From: Chlorokybus atmophyticus
Lineage: Eukaryota > Plantae > Mesostigma and Chlorokybus algae
Length of the DNA: 64,000 nt
Assembly (NCBI GenBank): GCA_009103225.1
Contig: RHPI01000671.1
Location: 189,531 to 253,530, forward strand
Reading direction: 5' to 3'
Part shown: positions 12,601-26,235 of the stretch, piece after piece
Layout: each line of letters opens with the position of its first letter
How positions within the stretch are numbered: the stretch's first letter is position 1
Program-made: the position numbers and the translations under genes
Notes under the pieces: generated by a model
Seen by the model: the letters and a program-made list of their open reading frames with translations, nothing else
What the model was told of the DNA's origin: nothing
Databases searched by the model: none

Positions 12601-13769
12601 CTGGAAGGCGCTGTTTCGGTTGCGAGCAGCATGCGGCAGGCGCGCGACGCGCTGCTCGAGAATGTCACAGCACAGATACATGCCCTCGAACAGGTATGCT
12701 GTAAGCGTGTACTTACTGCATGAACAGTTTTGTTGTTTCCATGCGTACTGTCATGATGAGCTGTTGGAGCAGGAAACCCCCTGCAAGCCGACAGCAAAGC
12801 GACAGCGCTGGAACCTGCCGCGCGAGGCCGTTATCATCCTGCGCCAGTGGTTGTTTGATCACTTCGCTCACCCGTACCCATCAGAGGTGATTAAACAGCT
12901 GACAACCTCAGCTGACAACCCCACCGAAGCTGCATCATCATCATCGGCGTACTTGTCAGTGCTGCAACTTGCTTGGGGTTTGTTTGGACACTTCTTGCAT
13001 TGATGCGACACACGCATGTGTCACATCAATGAGGGCGTTTCATGCTTCGACCCTCACGTCGTTTATCTTTCGACCGTCTCTCTCACAACATGTTGATGTT
13101 TTGCAAGTTGAGAGATGGCACATGACTCACTTGTGTCGCCTTCCAACATTGCTAGGCCACACTACTTATTTCACGCAAAAGTTTCACTGCACTCCTGCAT
13201 CACCCCAAATGCACCACTGTTCCTCTTCAGGCTGAGAAGAAGGTGCTGCATGAGGACACGGGGCTGAGCATCACGCAGATCAACAACTGGTTCATCAACG
13301 CACGGGTATGTGTACGCCTCCCAAGTGCAATGCACCAACAGCTGTCATGCCCGACTTATTACATGCATTATTGTGACACATAATTCATTTGACCAGAACT
13401 CTGCTCTACTGCCAGGTGCGGTTATGGAAGCCAGCTTTGGAGAAGCTGCACAGGAATGGTGCGGAGTCTCCCGAAGCCGGATTGGGCAATGCGGATCAGG
13501 ATCAGGGCGGCCAGCAGCAGCAGCAGCAGGAGGAGCAGGAGCATGGCGACGACGGGAGCTTTTATCAGGGTGATCCGCAGCAGCACCAGCACCAGCAGGA
13601 GGAAGAGATGGAAGAGCTGCCACAGCACCAGGAGGAGGGCCTCTACCATGACCAGGAGGTGGCTGATCATGACCATGACCAGGAGCAGGAGCAGGAGCAG
13701 GACCTGGATCCGGATGCGGGGCAGCAGGTGCCTGCCACTGCGGAGGAGAAGGATGAGGAGCTTTACTAA
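9696..13769 (+). CDS. BELL-class TALE homeodomain transcription factor (multi-exon, ~12 exons)
   Basis: Spliced homeodomain KRQRWNLPREAVIILRQWLFDHFAHPYPSE|AEKKVLHEDTGLSITQINNWFINAR|VRLWKP (approx. 12771-12887, 13231-13305, 13416 on) with PYP loop and WFIN. Helical upstream exons resemble the BELL/POX region; acidic Gln-rich tail; TAA at 13767-13769. Start codon and N-terminal exons are tentative. Confidence 0.88.
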
Positions 13770-15059
13770 CTACTCAGCAACTTGAAGGGCACTAAAGCAA
13801 AGAAAGAAATCCAATAAGAAGGAAGGAAGTGCGGAGAGTTGGTCCAAGTGCTGGCCCAGAATTACATAATCTGGAGTCATTTGATCTTCTTCTTTTGTTC
13901 ATTTGTTTGGGTTTGTTTGCTGCTAAGCTGCGGTTAAGCGGGCGCAGAGCACGTGCGCATCGATGCACGCGTGCAAAGGCCACAGTATCCCGAAGCTTGC
14001 GATTTTGACACGCTGGCAGGGCACACGCTTGCGAGCAAGAGGGGTCAACAACATGTCGCATGTATCTTACTCGTTGGATGCCCAACACTGACAGACTGTG
14101 CAGTGCAGCTCTGTATATAGTAGCGCAGAGGTTGCAACAGACGATGAGCCCAGCGTTTTTATAACGGTGTGCAGATATAGGTGTGCGTGATACATGTCTA
14201 CGCTTAGCATTTGCGAAACAGTGTACAGATTCAGTAGTCTCCAGTGGTGAAGAACGATGTACAGTAATGTTGCAGGTGTGTGGGTACAGGATATGCGCGC
14301 AGTAGCTGTAGACATGCATTTGGCAAGCGGTAGCATACGAAGCAACATGCAAGCACGCAAGGTGTGCAGCACTGCTAACGGTTAGAGTGTAAATTTTGCA
14401 CAAGAGATGCAACGGGGACGGCAATCACGCGAGTGCATACACGCAGTCACTTACTTGTGCACATTATTGCAAGCTGCCTTGTTTTCAAGGATTGGCCCCT
14501 GCCGTGCATCACAACCAGTTGTCATATACTGTACAGATCTAAAAACCATGCTGGGGCCAGTCATAGCAGCGTGCGACACGTTATGGTAGCCAACCATCTG
14601 TTGCGCACACGTGCGCGCACACCGCACGCCCTGGCAGGCCGCACTGTGACCGTTCCAGGCCAGAGGCAAGTCGGGTTTGCCCACGCTTGTAAAGGTGTGC
14701 GCCCGACTACCTATGTCAAGGCATAGGGAGATAGTTGAACCCTTGTACATAGCGTTAGGTGATGCATGACAGCTGCTAGGTATGCATAGGGTGCGAGACC
14801 GGGAGCACCATGCATGTGTAGACAAGTAGAGACTAGTTAGGCCCCCACCCCGTTGGCCATGCAGGGCAACACAAGACGCGTACAACACAATGGCGCAGCT
14901 GAGGCAGCAGCTGCTACGCACCGGCAGCTATGCGTACTGTACACCGCCCCCACTGCTGTACCAGTTGGTGTATCAGCCGTTCAAGCGTCGCACCCCGCAA
15001 AGACCGCATGGGGAGCACGCTGTGGAGTAGCACAGCTTGCCCATGCCGGAGACGCAGGA

Positions 15060-15417
15060 AACCAACCCCACCACCCAACCCCAACCAGCACCTAACCAGC
15101 CCAGCACCCGAACCGAAGACAGCACAACCTGTGCGGAGGGCACTGGACCAGGCACTGCTGACGTCGGCAGTGCAACGCAACTACGACACAACCCAGCAAA
15201 CCCTGCTGCGTCGCTAGCAGAGGGCGAGGAAGGAGGCGGAGCCAGGGAGAGAGGGAGGGGGAGTCCTGGTCGCCAATTTGCATGCTGTCTGCGTGACCGA
15301 AAGCGCCAACAATTAACCAACGCCCATGTGGGCAGGTGATTACCAACTGCATATTGACTGCTGCATGTCTAACGGGGTAGAGGCAGTAGAGTTAGCGTGC
15401 TAGTAGTAGCCCGGTGG
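15060..15417 (+). repeat. Copy of the dispersed GTAGCCCGGTGG-terminated repeat family
   Basis: Shares CCCATGTGGGCAGGT...CTAACGGGGT...GTAGTAGCCCGGTGG with the reverse complement of 34427-34560. Left boundary approximate. Confidence 0.7.
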
Positions 15418-15977
15418 CCAATTAAATGTCATTTGTACGACACCTTGCATGTGTTGCTGCGTGCTGACTGGACTACACGTTGTGCATGCGCATGCATGTT
15501 CTGCATTTGATGTACAGCTTGAAGCTGACCATAGGTGATGAAGTTCACGGCTGCCGCGGTGTAGGTGATGAAGCTGACCATACATGCATAACTGACTGAC
15601 GGGGCACGCAGGTAGTGTGCTCAGCTGAGCGTATCACTTATAGATAGCCGTAGCTTGCTGGTGGCGCTATAACATGAGTGGCAGCTGGCTACAGGGGCTG
15701 TATGCTTGACACCATGCATGTTTATGTGTATATGAGAAGGAGTGCCACTCCAGTGGGCAATTGTGCTACACACCACTGGTGCCACCAGTGCAGTGCATGG
15801 CATGGTATGAGCTCATTCTAGCATACCATCTCTTGTACATACGCACAGTGGCGCACACAGAGCGACCTGCAAGCATATACCAATAGCACCAATAGCATAC
15901 ACAGCGATACGCGCACACGCACACAGTTGTACTTTGCGTCTTTTTTACACATTTGCAGTGCTCGACTGTACACATGA

Positions 15978-16023
15978 GCGCGCGCGCGCGCGCACGCACA
16001 CACACACACACACACACGCGCGT
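15978..16023. repeat. (CG)n-(CA)n alternating purine-pyrimidine tract
   Basis: Read directly. Confidence 0.9.
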
Positions 16024-16281
16024 CATTGGCATCAGGGGTACGGGCCCTAGTCCAGCCAATGGCTCAGTTGAGTTACGTGAATACAATGGTAGCAGCAGAG
16101 CAGGCGCACCGTATTGTGTCGAATACGACCCCTCTAACTTGTACAAACAAAGCATTGGTAGCGGTGCTTTGTTTGGACAACATGTGGCCCCCATCGAAAT
16201 TAATGTAGGGCATTGTATTAAAGGTAAAAACGTCAGTGCAAAAGGGGGGTTACAAACCCCCCCCGCGTGCAATGGGGGGTG

Positions 16282-16527
16282 NNNNNNNNNNNNNNNNNNN
16301 NNNNNNNNNNNNNNNNNNNNNNNNNNNNNNNNNNNNNNNNNNNNNNNNNNNNNNNNNNNNNNNNNNNNNNNNNNNNNNNNNNNNNNNNNNNNNNNNNNNN
16401 NNNNNNNNNNNNNNNNNNNNNNNNNNNNNNNNNNNNNNNNNNNNNNNNNNNNNNNNNNNNNNNNNNNNNNNNNNNNNNNNNNNNNNNNNNNNNNNNNNNN
16501 NNNNNNNNNNNNNNNNNNNNNNNNNNN
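16282..16527. other. Assembly gap (N run)
   Basis: N bases. Other gaps at 29320-29697 and 54133-54145; single Ns at 4917 and 22371. Confidence 1.
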
Positions 16528-18342
16528 GGGTAATAGAGGAGGGTACTCAACAACCAAATGATGAAACGTGTACAATCTTATTGTGATGGTAGCGCGGCTA
16601 ATCCGAAGATATGTGCTCCTCATGGCCAGGGCCCGTGACACTATCGCCACGGAATTGAATGTCGCCGCTCGTTACATAGCTATGATGCGGGTGTGTGACG
16701 TAAGGTGTATGCACTTGTAGGAAATCATGCTGCGGGGGGTGCACATTTTTTGTCATAAATGTCCACACCTTAACGTGCACATTAATGACTTATAAAACTT
16801 GTGAGACAAGTCGGGCAACACGTTAGCAAATAAAGCTATCAACTAATGTGCCATTACGCAATCAAGTGCGGGTTGCAACTGCATGCATGACCCATTATTA
16901 ACAACGATCATGCATGGGTTTGATCAATAATATTACTGAAACCAACAACTTTCGGTGTTCAAAGGTTGGTAACACCGCCTATTTTGTGTCGCTTGCATAT
17001 GCTGATGATTGTATTGTGTCATAAAGCAAGGTTGTTTCGTGTTAAACAGTACCAATTAACACGTGTGAAACGAGGACGGCACTGCTCTGTAAGTAATACA
17101 TAACTTGATTTCTAACGTGACCAATGCGTTACCCAATCCGGTGACGATTGTGGACGTATACGGCCCTACGTATGGCGGGATTCATAAACACAGTATTGCA
17201 TCAGTTGATGCACATGCATCAGCATCAGCCTTTTACCAACCACCGCTAATATATGATTTGTTACTAGCACATTGTTTGACTATTTTTTCCCATCGCGCTT
17301 TCGTCATCATCAGCCTCAACTTCTTGCCAATCGGCAACATTGAATGATACGTTAAAATCATAGATGGTTATCACACGGGTGCTATTGGAGTCGTACGGCC
17401 TCTTGCTGCATTTGCAAGCATGTAACACTTATATTGCAAATGTTCAAACTTATTGCTGCTTGGTTCTGTAATTGTGTGCGCGTAGTGTACAACATCTCAA
17501 TCTTGGCTTAAAAGCATGGGTGCTGTATGCCATCAAGCTGTACAAGATAGTTACAAGAGAGGTACACAATGCTTACCATACAAGCATACGAGCATAGCTC
17601 ATCAGGTGCAATGCAACATGTCAGCCTAGTACCTGGCATTACCAGGCCTAGATCGTGTGGTACATGTAGCATATCACACTGGTGTGCCTTCCTGCCGTTT
17701 GCTCGGTGCTTTGAAAGCAGCACTGCTTTTCGTTTTGGGCGGCACGTTGGCCAAGCAGCACAAGTGAATAAAAGACGACGCACAGCCTGGGCGGCGGTGG
17801 TGTTGGCATGCATGTTGGCGGCGGCGGCGGCGGCGGCGGCGATAGACGCAACAGAGTTTGCCTTAGCACCTGATACATTCGAGTTGGCGGGACTACTCAA
17901 TTGCACAAGCAGCATGCAGGCAGCAGCAGCAGGCGGCTGTCAGCGGCGCCCAGCGGTGACGCATTGATTACAACACCAGCTCAGTGCATCTTACTTCTCA
18001 GCAGGTGAGAGCGTTGTTCATCAGCTCATAGCATAGCAGCTCGAATTGTTACTTGAGCCTGACATATGGTTCCAAGTTGCATTCCGAACAGTCACGTCAT
18101 TTTCGTAAGTTCCGTCTATGTTGTTGAAATCCACTTCTCTGAAGCTATGAAAACCAACAACCTCTCTGCTTCTTTGGGCTGTCAGGGTTACTTTTTCGAT
18201 CAGCTTGTTCGATAGGCATTTTGCCAATCTCACGTAGCAACATTGTGCTCACAGTGTACACAAGCCACCGGGCGGAGTTGAAAGGTTGGTTGGAAACAAC
18301 AGTTGTTTGCAAACAGCACAGCAGCAAGCGTGTAGTGTGTGG

Positions 18343-21300
18343 ATGGCCAATTCTGAGTCGGATGAGGGGGTGGACTGGAACTTCACGACAACGCAGCAGG
18401 CGGCGTTCAACATGGAACCCCTTGAAGACGCCCACGGCAAGTTCTTCAACGACAATGTGTACCCCGACGGCTACACCCTTGACAGGGTATGCCAAAGATC
18501 TGCTGATTACTTTTGATATTATATTACACATCGGGTTCTAGTCTTATACTTTGTGTGAAAGTGATGGATGAATTTCACTCAACTGTGTGCTCTGCTGAGT
18601 GGACAGCTAGCGGAGGGTTTGACATGTGACAACTTGCAATGCTATGCATGTGCCTGTACAGTGCTGTGTATGTGCATGTACATGTGCATGTGTGCACGTG
18701 CGCATGCGTGTATGAGTGCTTGCATGTGTTGGGTGACAGGGACAACCAATTGGCATGTGTGCGAATGTGGTGTTGCGGGGCAGGTGTGCGTGTCGGTGAT
18801 AGACACGCCGGAGTTTCAGCGGCTGCGAGAAGTGAAGCAGCTCGGGGCGTCGTACTTTGTGTGGCCGACGGCAAGCCACAACCGCTTTGAGCACTCGCTC
18901 GGCACCTGCCACCTCGCCGCCAGCCTCGTCAACCGATTCTACACGTACCAGCGCTCCGAACTCGACATGCAACGCCAAGACACCGTCGTAGTCAAACTCG
19001 CCGGTCCGCTACTCATGCATGCATCAACCAACAACAATGACACCAGCAGCAGCAGCAACAACAACCAAATTGCGTGTCTAAAAGTGCATGCACGCAGGGC
19101 TTTGTCACGACATTGGACACGGCCCCTTCAGCCATGTGTTTGACAACGAGTTCATGAAGGAGATCCACAACGGCGTCAAAGTGTGGTACGATGTGAGGAG
19201 GAGACTACACTGCATGTTTGGTTGAGCACAGCTGAGCTCGGTGTGGTTGTTGTTTTCGCAGGAAACACGAGGAGATGTCGGCGAAACTCGTGGAGAAGCT
19301 CATCGATGACAACAACATTGACATATCAGACACAGAGCGCAGGCGTGTCCAGGTGCCAATTCACAACCTCATTACATTACACATCGGCCTCTAGTGCACA
19401 ACTTATTGATGTTGTTGCTTGTGTGACTGATGTGTGTGTCCTTATGTGGGTGACAGCTTTACTGTGTTGCGTGCAGGACCTGATTGTGTCAAGCACAAAG
19501 CCTGTCGGCTTGCAGAATGTAGGTAATCTCAGTAACTAGAATTGCCCAATAGTTCATTGCAATTGTAATGTACTGCTGTAACGTAGGCTGAGCTGACTTT
19601 GCATTCACTTGAGACATGTGTACTCTGTCAGGGACACAATGACAGCAAGCAGTTCTTGAAGGAAATTGTTGCTAACGGCCGCAATGGCGTGGATGTGGAC
19701 AAGTGAGCTAGCTCTGCGTACTTGCTTTGTTTCAGGTGATATTGACAACAAACCATTCATTGTGTGTTCATAAACTGTGCCTTGCATGCAGATGGGACTA
19801 CATCATGCGAGACTGCAAAGCGTGCGGAGTAAGCAATGGTGTTGAAGTGAAAAGGTAAACACCAACAATTGGTGCATGCCGTGGCTGTGGGCTCCATTCA
19901 TGCATGCAATGGCACATGCGTGCATGAGCGCACAAAACACTCGCATGCATGCGCACATAGTGGCTCGTGCTAAAGATCAACACGCTTTTCATAGAGTGAA
20001 GTGATGTGCAAGGTGATGTATGAGCGCTTGTACATGCACCCGCACGGCCACATTTGCTGCACTGTTACAGGATGGAGAAGGCAGCCAGGGTCATTGATGA
20101 CGAGATATGCTACCAAGCCAAGTGCGGTGAGCGCTGCCTGATGTGTGCATCTTGTGACACTGGCAATTGTGCGGTGTTGATGAGTGCTATAGTCAAGTGG
20201 GTTTTCCTTGCTGCAGCCAAGAACCTGCACGGGCTCTTTCAAACACGTTGCACACTGTTTGACACCGTGTACATGCATCCGAAAGCCAAGGTTGGCGCAG
20301 TTTACTTGACTCATCTTGTGTACTGTGAATATGCTCTTGTGGTATGCTTCAAACCTGTCATGCCACAGGCAGCTGAGTACATGCTGCGGGATGCAATGCT
20401 GGAGGCCGAACCCGTGCTGAAGTTCTCAAAGATTGTGGAAGACCCCGAGGAGTTTATCAAGGTTGGGTGTGTTTTCACTGCTGCAGCTTACTTTGATACA
20501 CCCGCCACACATCGGACAGAAGCTAACTAGCTGTGTTCTATTCTTCATGCAGTGGACCGACAGCGCGATTATGGACAGGATCTACTGGTCCAGTGATCCG
20601 GCGCTGAAGAAGGCGCGGGACATAATTCATCGTCTGAAGACGCGCTCTCTCTACAAGGTTGTAATAAGGAGGCTGTTTCTTTTGTTGCTGCTGCTGATGT
20701 CCATGATTGTCTCTTTCTGGCTTTACTTTGACTGTGTTAAATGGGCTGTTGCCTCAATTTCAACAACAGTTGTTCACTGCAGCAAGGCTTCCTGGCTATT
20801 GCATTATGTTGAGGGTACCTTGTTGGAGGTTGTTCAATACTGTTGTCTTTCTGTTTCTGTGCACGATGCTGCCTGCAGTTTGTCAACCAGTACATAGCGC
20901 AAAACGATGCCAAGGACGTGACGGCTATGGACATTGTGTCACATCAGGTAAACTTCTGCACTGGCTCTGTTGGGTGTTTGGTTTACAGTATCAACACTTG
21001 ATGCCATGTCGGGCGTATGCCTGTTGTGGACTCGATGCACTTCGTGTTTCAGCTGATGTGCAACTTTGCGTGCGAGTGCAGAGTGGAAGCGTGCTCACGG
21101 TGGATGACGTGATCGTCGACAACACCGTGATCACATACGGGATTGATGGCGAAACCAATCCGCTAAAGCAGTAAGTTCTGGCATCCGCATGTACTGGTTA
21201 TGTTACATATCGCTTGTTGGTTGTTCACAAGCACCACTGGCATTTACCCACTCTTTCTGACATTGGGTGCTGCTGTGCGCAGGATACACTACTACACGGT

Positions 21301-21889
21301 ACATACGCGTTGCTGCCCGCCTTAATGGTCGCAACTTGGCGAATAGTTCCAACATGCAGGAAGTACATGTGACATGCCCGTGTTGTGCAGAATTCATGGG
21401 ACACTGAGAAGTATGAGATTGATCCCGAGCAAATCACCGCCTTTGTGCCCGCCAAACTGAAGCAGCGCAAAGTGCGGCTGTTTCTCAGGAGGGTGAACAA
21501 CGAAACGGTGCGCAATGCATGTAGACTTCGTTTTCTGTGCAGCATCGAACCCAAGCACCATAGCATGCACACATGTTTGGGCTCACCTGTATGCTTCGCG
21601 CTGTGTGTGAAGCTGTACTGGCATGTAGATGCATGTTGTGTGTTGTGTCGCTGAGATAGATTGCCACACGTGGCTTGGTGTTGTTCAGCTTCTAAGTGGT
21701 GTGTTATATGTTATGCAGATCAAAGTGGCAGATGAAGCTTTTAGGGAGTACCAACGCAAGGAGCTAGGTAAAGTGGTAGAGGCGCACTCAACACCAATGA
21801 GGCTTGCAAATGGCAACGGCAGCCTGGTCGATGCATCCACTAAAAGACGCCGCATCGATTTCCACGAACGCAGGGAGGACGCACTCTGA
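18343..21889 (+). CDS. SAMHD1: SAMHD1/VENOSA4-like HD-domain dNTP triphosphohydrolase (~15 exons)
   Basis: Spliced motifs [76 protein letters not shown] and RLKTRSLYK, joined by GT-AG introns. TGA at 21887-21889. Confidence 0.93.
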
Positions 21890-22312
21890 CTGTAGGCTCT
21901 CAAACAACCGACATCATATAGCACCTAATAGATGCAGCGGTTCGTGTTTTCAGTCACCTGTGTTTACAATGTAGTTGCACTGGCGGCTGTCATGAAGTAT
22001 ATGTTTGCTATGAGATGGCTGCGGAGTGCACCTCTCAGCGCAACATGCTTGTTCCCGTCGCTGGATAGCCACCGCCACAGACTTGGTGGCGTCTAGAGAC
22101 GCTGCAGACAAATGATCTGGTACTGTGGCACTGTAACTGCGGCAACTCTGCACACAGTTATGCCGACACTGGTGAGGCCAAATGACAGCTGCCATGAATC
22201 ATTCATAATGAATGCCATAGTAACGACACCATTATTTGTGTTGAGATGCAACGCATTTCCCATCGTCGACATGAAGCTGCACTGCAACGGGTCCTATTGC
22301 AGCAGTTGTGCC

Positions 22313-22316
<4 letters not shown>

Positions 22317-22370
<54 letters not shown>

Positions 22371-22371
22371 N

Positions 22372-22447
<76 letters not shown>
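22317..22447. repeat. (TC)n microsatellite, ~130 bp (contains one N)
   Basis: Read directly. Confidence 0.97.
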
Positions 22448-22451
<4 letters not shown>

Positions 22452-23582
22452 GGCTGTGTGGCAAATGATGATATTGACACTTGCTGTGATGCATGTTACA
22501 GTCGTCGGGGATAGGGTGTAGTGGTAGTATTAGAAGTAGTGAGGTTGTTGGTAGACTCAAGTGTGGTTAGTTCGGTTATTACAGTCTATGCTGTTGCATG
22601 CTGTGTGTAGTATGCTCTGCTGCGCAGGTGGTGCTAACGTCGTACCCTGCCATGGTAGCTAGGGCCTTATTAGTCTAGCTACTTGCGTCGATCGTGTTCT
22701 AGCTTCCTTGATTGTAGTCCGTGTTCTGTATAGCTAGCTGTGCTGTGCTCTGTCCCCCCCCCCCCCTTCCGTCTTTGCTGTGATAATGCCACCGCGCTTG
22801 CTTGTGTGCTTTGAGACTTCTGTTTGCACACGCATTTACACTCCGCCTCTTAAGCTTTATGCTATATGCTATCTATGCATGTGCGCATTGCACTTCGCAT
22901 CTTATGTTCACATGCGCACAAGGCAAGCACCTTGCAGAGCAAAACAAAAAGCAATAACTTTGTAGTGTTTTCCATTGCAATAATGCTTTTTACGACAAAA
23001 TTCAAGAACACTGGCTCTCAGCCACCATGACTTGAACTGCACTACCCTTAAGCAACCGCAGCCATGGGCATGTCGATATGTCATGCTAGCTGTTGTGCCA
23101 TAGCAGAATCGCAATGATGGCACGATGGTGCATTGCATTGTTTGAATGAAATGGAGCACCCGGTGTTACACATTTTATGATGACTTGTTGTCTTTATATA
23201 ATTGCTTTTGGCTTACCTATTACTTATATGGGTTGTAATCCAGCAATGACTTATAATTAACAGTAGCATAGTGAGTATTAGAGTAGTTTGGCATAGTCTG
23301 TATGCAGCTGTATGAGAAAGTCGACCAAAGTTATATATTTTTAAATGTTTAACATTGCCATAGCGAGTATTAGAGGAGTGTGGCATAGTCTGTATGCATC
23401 TTTTGTGAGAAATACGACAAGTTTACCCAGTTTTCAAGTCAAGCTGATAAGCTACATCACAGCATGGGGCTTGAAAGTGTTGAGCGGGTGGTGCATGTGG
23501 GGCGGTGTTGTGCTCTTTGGTTGGTGAGTTGAGTTGGCATGGAGCGGTTTGTTGGAAAGGGTGATGGTGGTCCCCTTGGAAG

Positions 23583-23782
23583 GGGTGGGCTGCGCCCTCC
23601 TCTGCTGCAGTGCAATGCTGAGGCGACGCTGGGAGCCTCGGGTGAGCAAGCCCACCCATACGAGACCCCCACCCAAACAAATTAGTTTAATATCATTGTG
23701 ACCCGATGGGCCACGTATCAGATATTAAGCTGATAAGAACAGATACTACACTTGATCTTAGCCAAAAGGCCGAGAAAGGTAT
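23583..23782 (-). ncRNA. U2: U2 spliceosomal snRNA
   Basis: Minus strand reads AUACCUUUCUCGGCCUUUUGGCUAAGAUCAAGUGUAGUAUCUGUUCUUAUCAG (plant-type 5' end, branch-pairing GUAGUA), then an Sm-like AAUUUGUUUG and loop IV AUUGCACU. ~200 nt; 3' end approximate. Confidence 0.97.
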
Positions 23783-26059
23783 ACCTCAACACCGGAAACT
23801 GTCAGATAATGTACCCCCGGCGGATTGCTTGCGAACGTGCATAGACTGCTGGGGCCCGCATCGGATGAACATTGTGCGACATAACGTGATCGGACGGTGC
23901 ACGTCTGATGAGCAGGCAGAGGTATCGGCACATCATGCCGCATAGCACACGGCGGCGGCGGCGGAGGTGCCGTGTTAGCGTAGGGTGTACAGGGAGGCGT
24001 CTCTTCGAAGCGTGATGGTAAGCCTAGAAGGGTAAGATCAGCTTGAGGGTAAGCTTAGCTGTTGGGCGCAACCACAACCGGATTGCTGCATGCGGATGGT
24101 CACCTCGCAATGCCAGCGTGCAGCAGAGTGCCGTCATGCACGTGTCAAAATGAACAGCCTGCAGCACATGAACATATCGCAGAGTGCCCACGCAGAGCTC
24201 ACACACGCACGCACAGTAACATTCACGCACACCCACGCAAACGTGGAGCAGAGCAGAAACACACATGCACCAGTCAGAGCGCAGAAAAGATACACGCCTT
24301 CCTTACGCACGCACACGTAGTATACACCAACGCACGGCAGCATGCAGTACACCGCACACACCTTAACTCCGATTAACTACTTCATATCTGATCTGTTCAA
24401 CTAGGCTTGATGGGGGCTGTAGGTCGCTGCTGTTGTAATGTCTCACGACTGCCTGCCTGCATACTGTTGCTGCTGCTGCTTAATGCATAGCACATAGTCA
24501 GCCCTCCCCTTTGACCAGCATGTACCGGCTTTAACCAGCGCGAGCTTGGCGCAAACCACCGCTGCTACAATATGATCGTAAACAAACGTTGCCAAACGGA
24601 CTTCACGAGCTGAAAATTCAAGTAGTCTATGTATTGCTTTATTTGTGGTTTGAATTTCTAAAGGATGAGTAGGTTAGGTACTGCGCTCGCGCCTTAACGA
24701 ATAGATTGTCACTATACGAAGCTTAGCGTTGTAACTTTAGATGTACGGAGGTGGTTTCAAGCTGAATAAGACTTATCATGAAAAACAAGTGTGCACTTGC
24801 GGCTTGATGGCTGTTGCTGGCATGATGTTTGAAATTTATTCAATTATGTCACTTGGTTTACAAGTACAACGGAAAGGCTCAAAATGCCAGCAGAAGTAAC
24901 ACAGTTAATAAGCTGAAGATATGCAATGATAACACATAGCTGCAATCAACTGCAAGCAGCGCGTCCTACGGTGGAGGCAAACATGGCAATGGCTGAAGCG
25001 GCCTAGATGCAATTTGCTGTGTAGTTGTTGTGGTTGTTGTGGTGTGGTGTAGGCATGGACGCCGTGTATGTCTGCTTGCTGTATTGTCTAATATACCAAG
25101 TGTTTGATGCCTGTACACACCCATCTGCTGCTGCTTAAGGGTCTGGTTCAGGCTAGTTGTGTTGAGTTGTAGTAAGATGTGCATAACTCTGCCTTGGCCC
25201 CCATGTAACCACATGACAACTTGCTTGCCATTGCTCTACTGCCACCTACTTCGGGGTTTGCCACATGCAACCATTGTGTGTTATATACGACAACACACTT
25301 CGTGTGTGTATATGCTATAAGTCAATTGTATGGCCGACACAACCCGCCCCTGTATTACTTGCTTCCATTGCTGGATGAGCTATGCGTGTGCCGAGTGTTT
25401 GCGGGTGATTTGCATGTCACATACTTGGATAGCTCATACACACCAACGACTTTAACAACCATGGCAAGTGATGACATCAGTTGCTGCCAGCTGTGATGCT
25501 AGCCGCTGTTGTTAATTGAATTTGTGCTTGCTTGCCCCTCCCCTCCCGTGCCCGCACTTCCCTAGCATACCCCCTGAGTCACCGCGGTCAGACACCATGC
25601 GTTACCACGGAGGCGGGCACGGCGCTGTTAAAAGATTGCGTCGGCGTTGTAAATGCTATGCATGTGCTTTTTATAATAATGTCAGCCTATGAATTGAGGC
25701 ATAGAAGCGAAAGGCATGCATGCGGACCGCACACACGTGCGAGTGTACGACAATGTGGAGTAAAATTGCTCATGCATAGGGTATGAGTCATATTGCAAAC
25801 ATGCAGTGTGTGCACACATGACCAATGTGTGCAAGGCATTGACGGCATTTTTAGAATAGTTTGAAAATTTATGTACACTAGCGAGTGATATGCATGTGCT
25901 AATATAGTGTTTGCATTTATGTGTTGTTTGGTAGGGAGTGACTAGCACGCTGCGACACCGACACAGCAACTGCCTGATTAGCGTGATGTCATCCTGAATA
26001 TGCATGTGAAACCCTAACGATTAAGCGGCTGCCGAGTGATGGCAGTGCGTTGTGAGTGA

Positions 26060-26235
26060 GCTGGCGGCGGCAAGGGGGAGAGAGGGGGGAGTTCGTTGAC
26101 TCTGCTGCTGTCGTGGACGCTGCAAGGCTGACCGCTAACCACAGCCGTGCTGCAGGTGACTGCGCATGTATGCATGCTTGCATGGCTTACCGGGTGTTAG
26201 CAGTAGTCAGTAGAGTAGGTAGAGTAGCCCGGTGG
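26060..26235 (+). repeat. Partial copy of the GTAGCCCGGTGG-terminated repeat family
   Basis: Purine-rich GGGGGAG block, GCAGGT, GTAG repeats, then GTAGCCCGGTGG at 26224-26235. Confidence 0.6.

Noticed and set aside
17105-17347. PVTIVDVYGPT resembling a LINE endonuclease motif
   Set aside because: Single short motif; no other endonuclease or reverse transcriptase motifs nearby.
22112-22560. ORFs with poly-(SL)/(RE)
   Set aside because: Translations of the (TC)n microsatellite.
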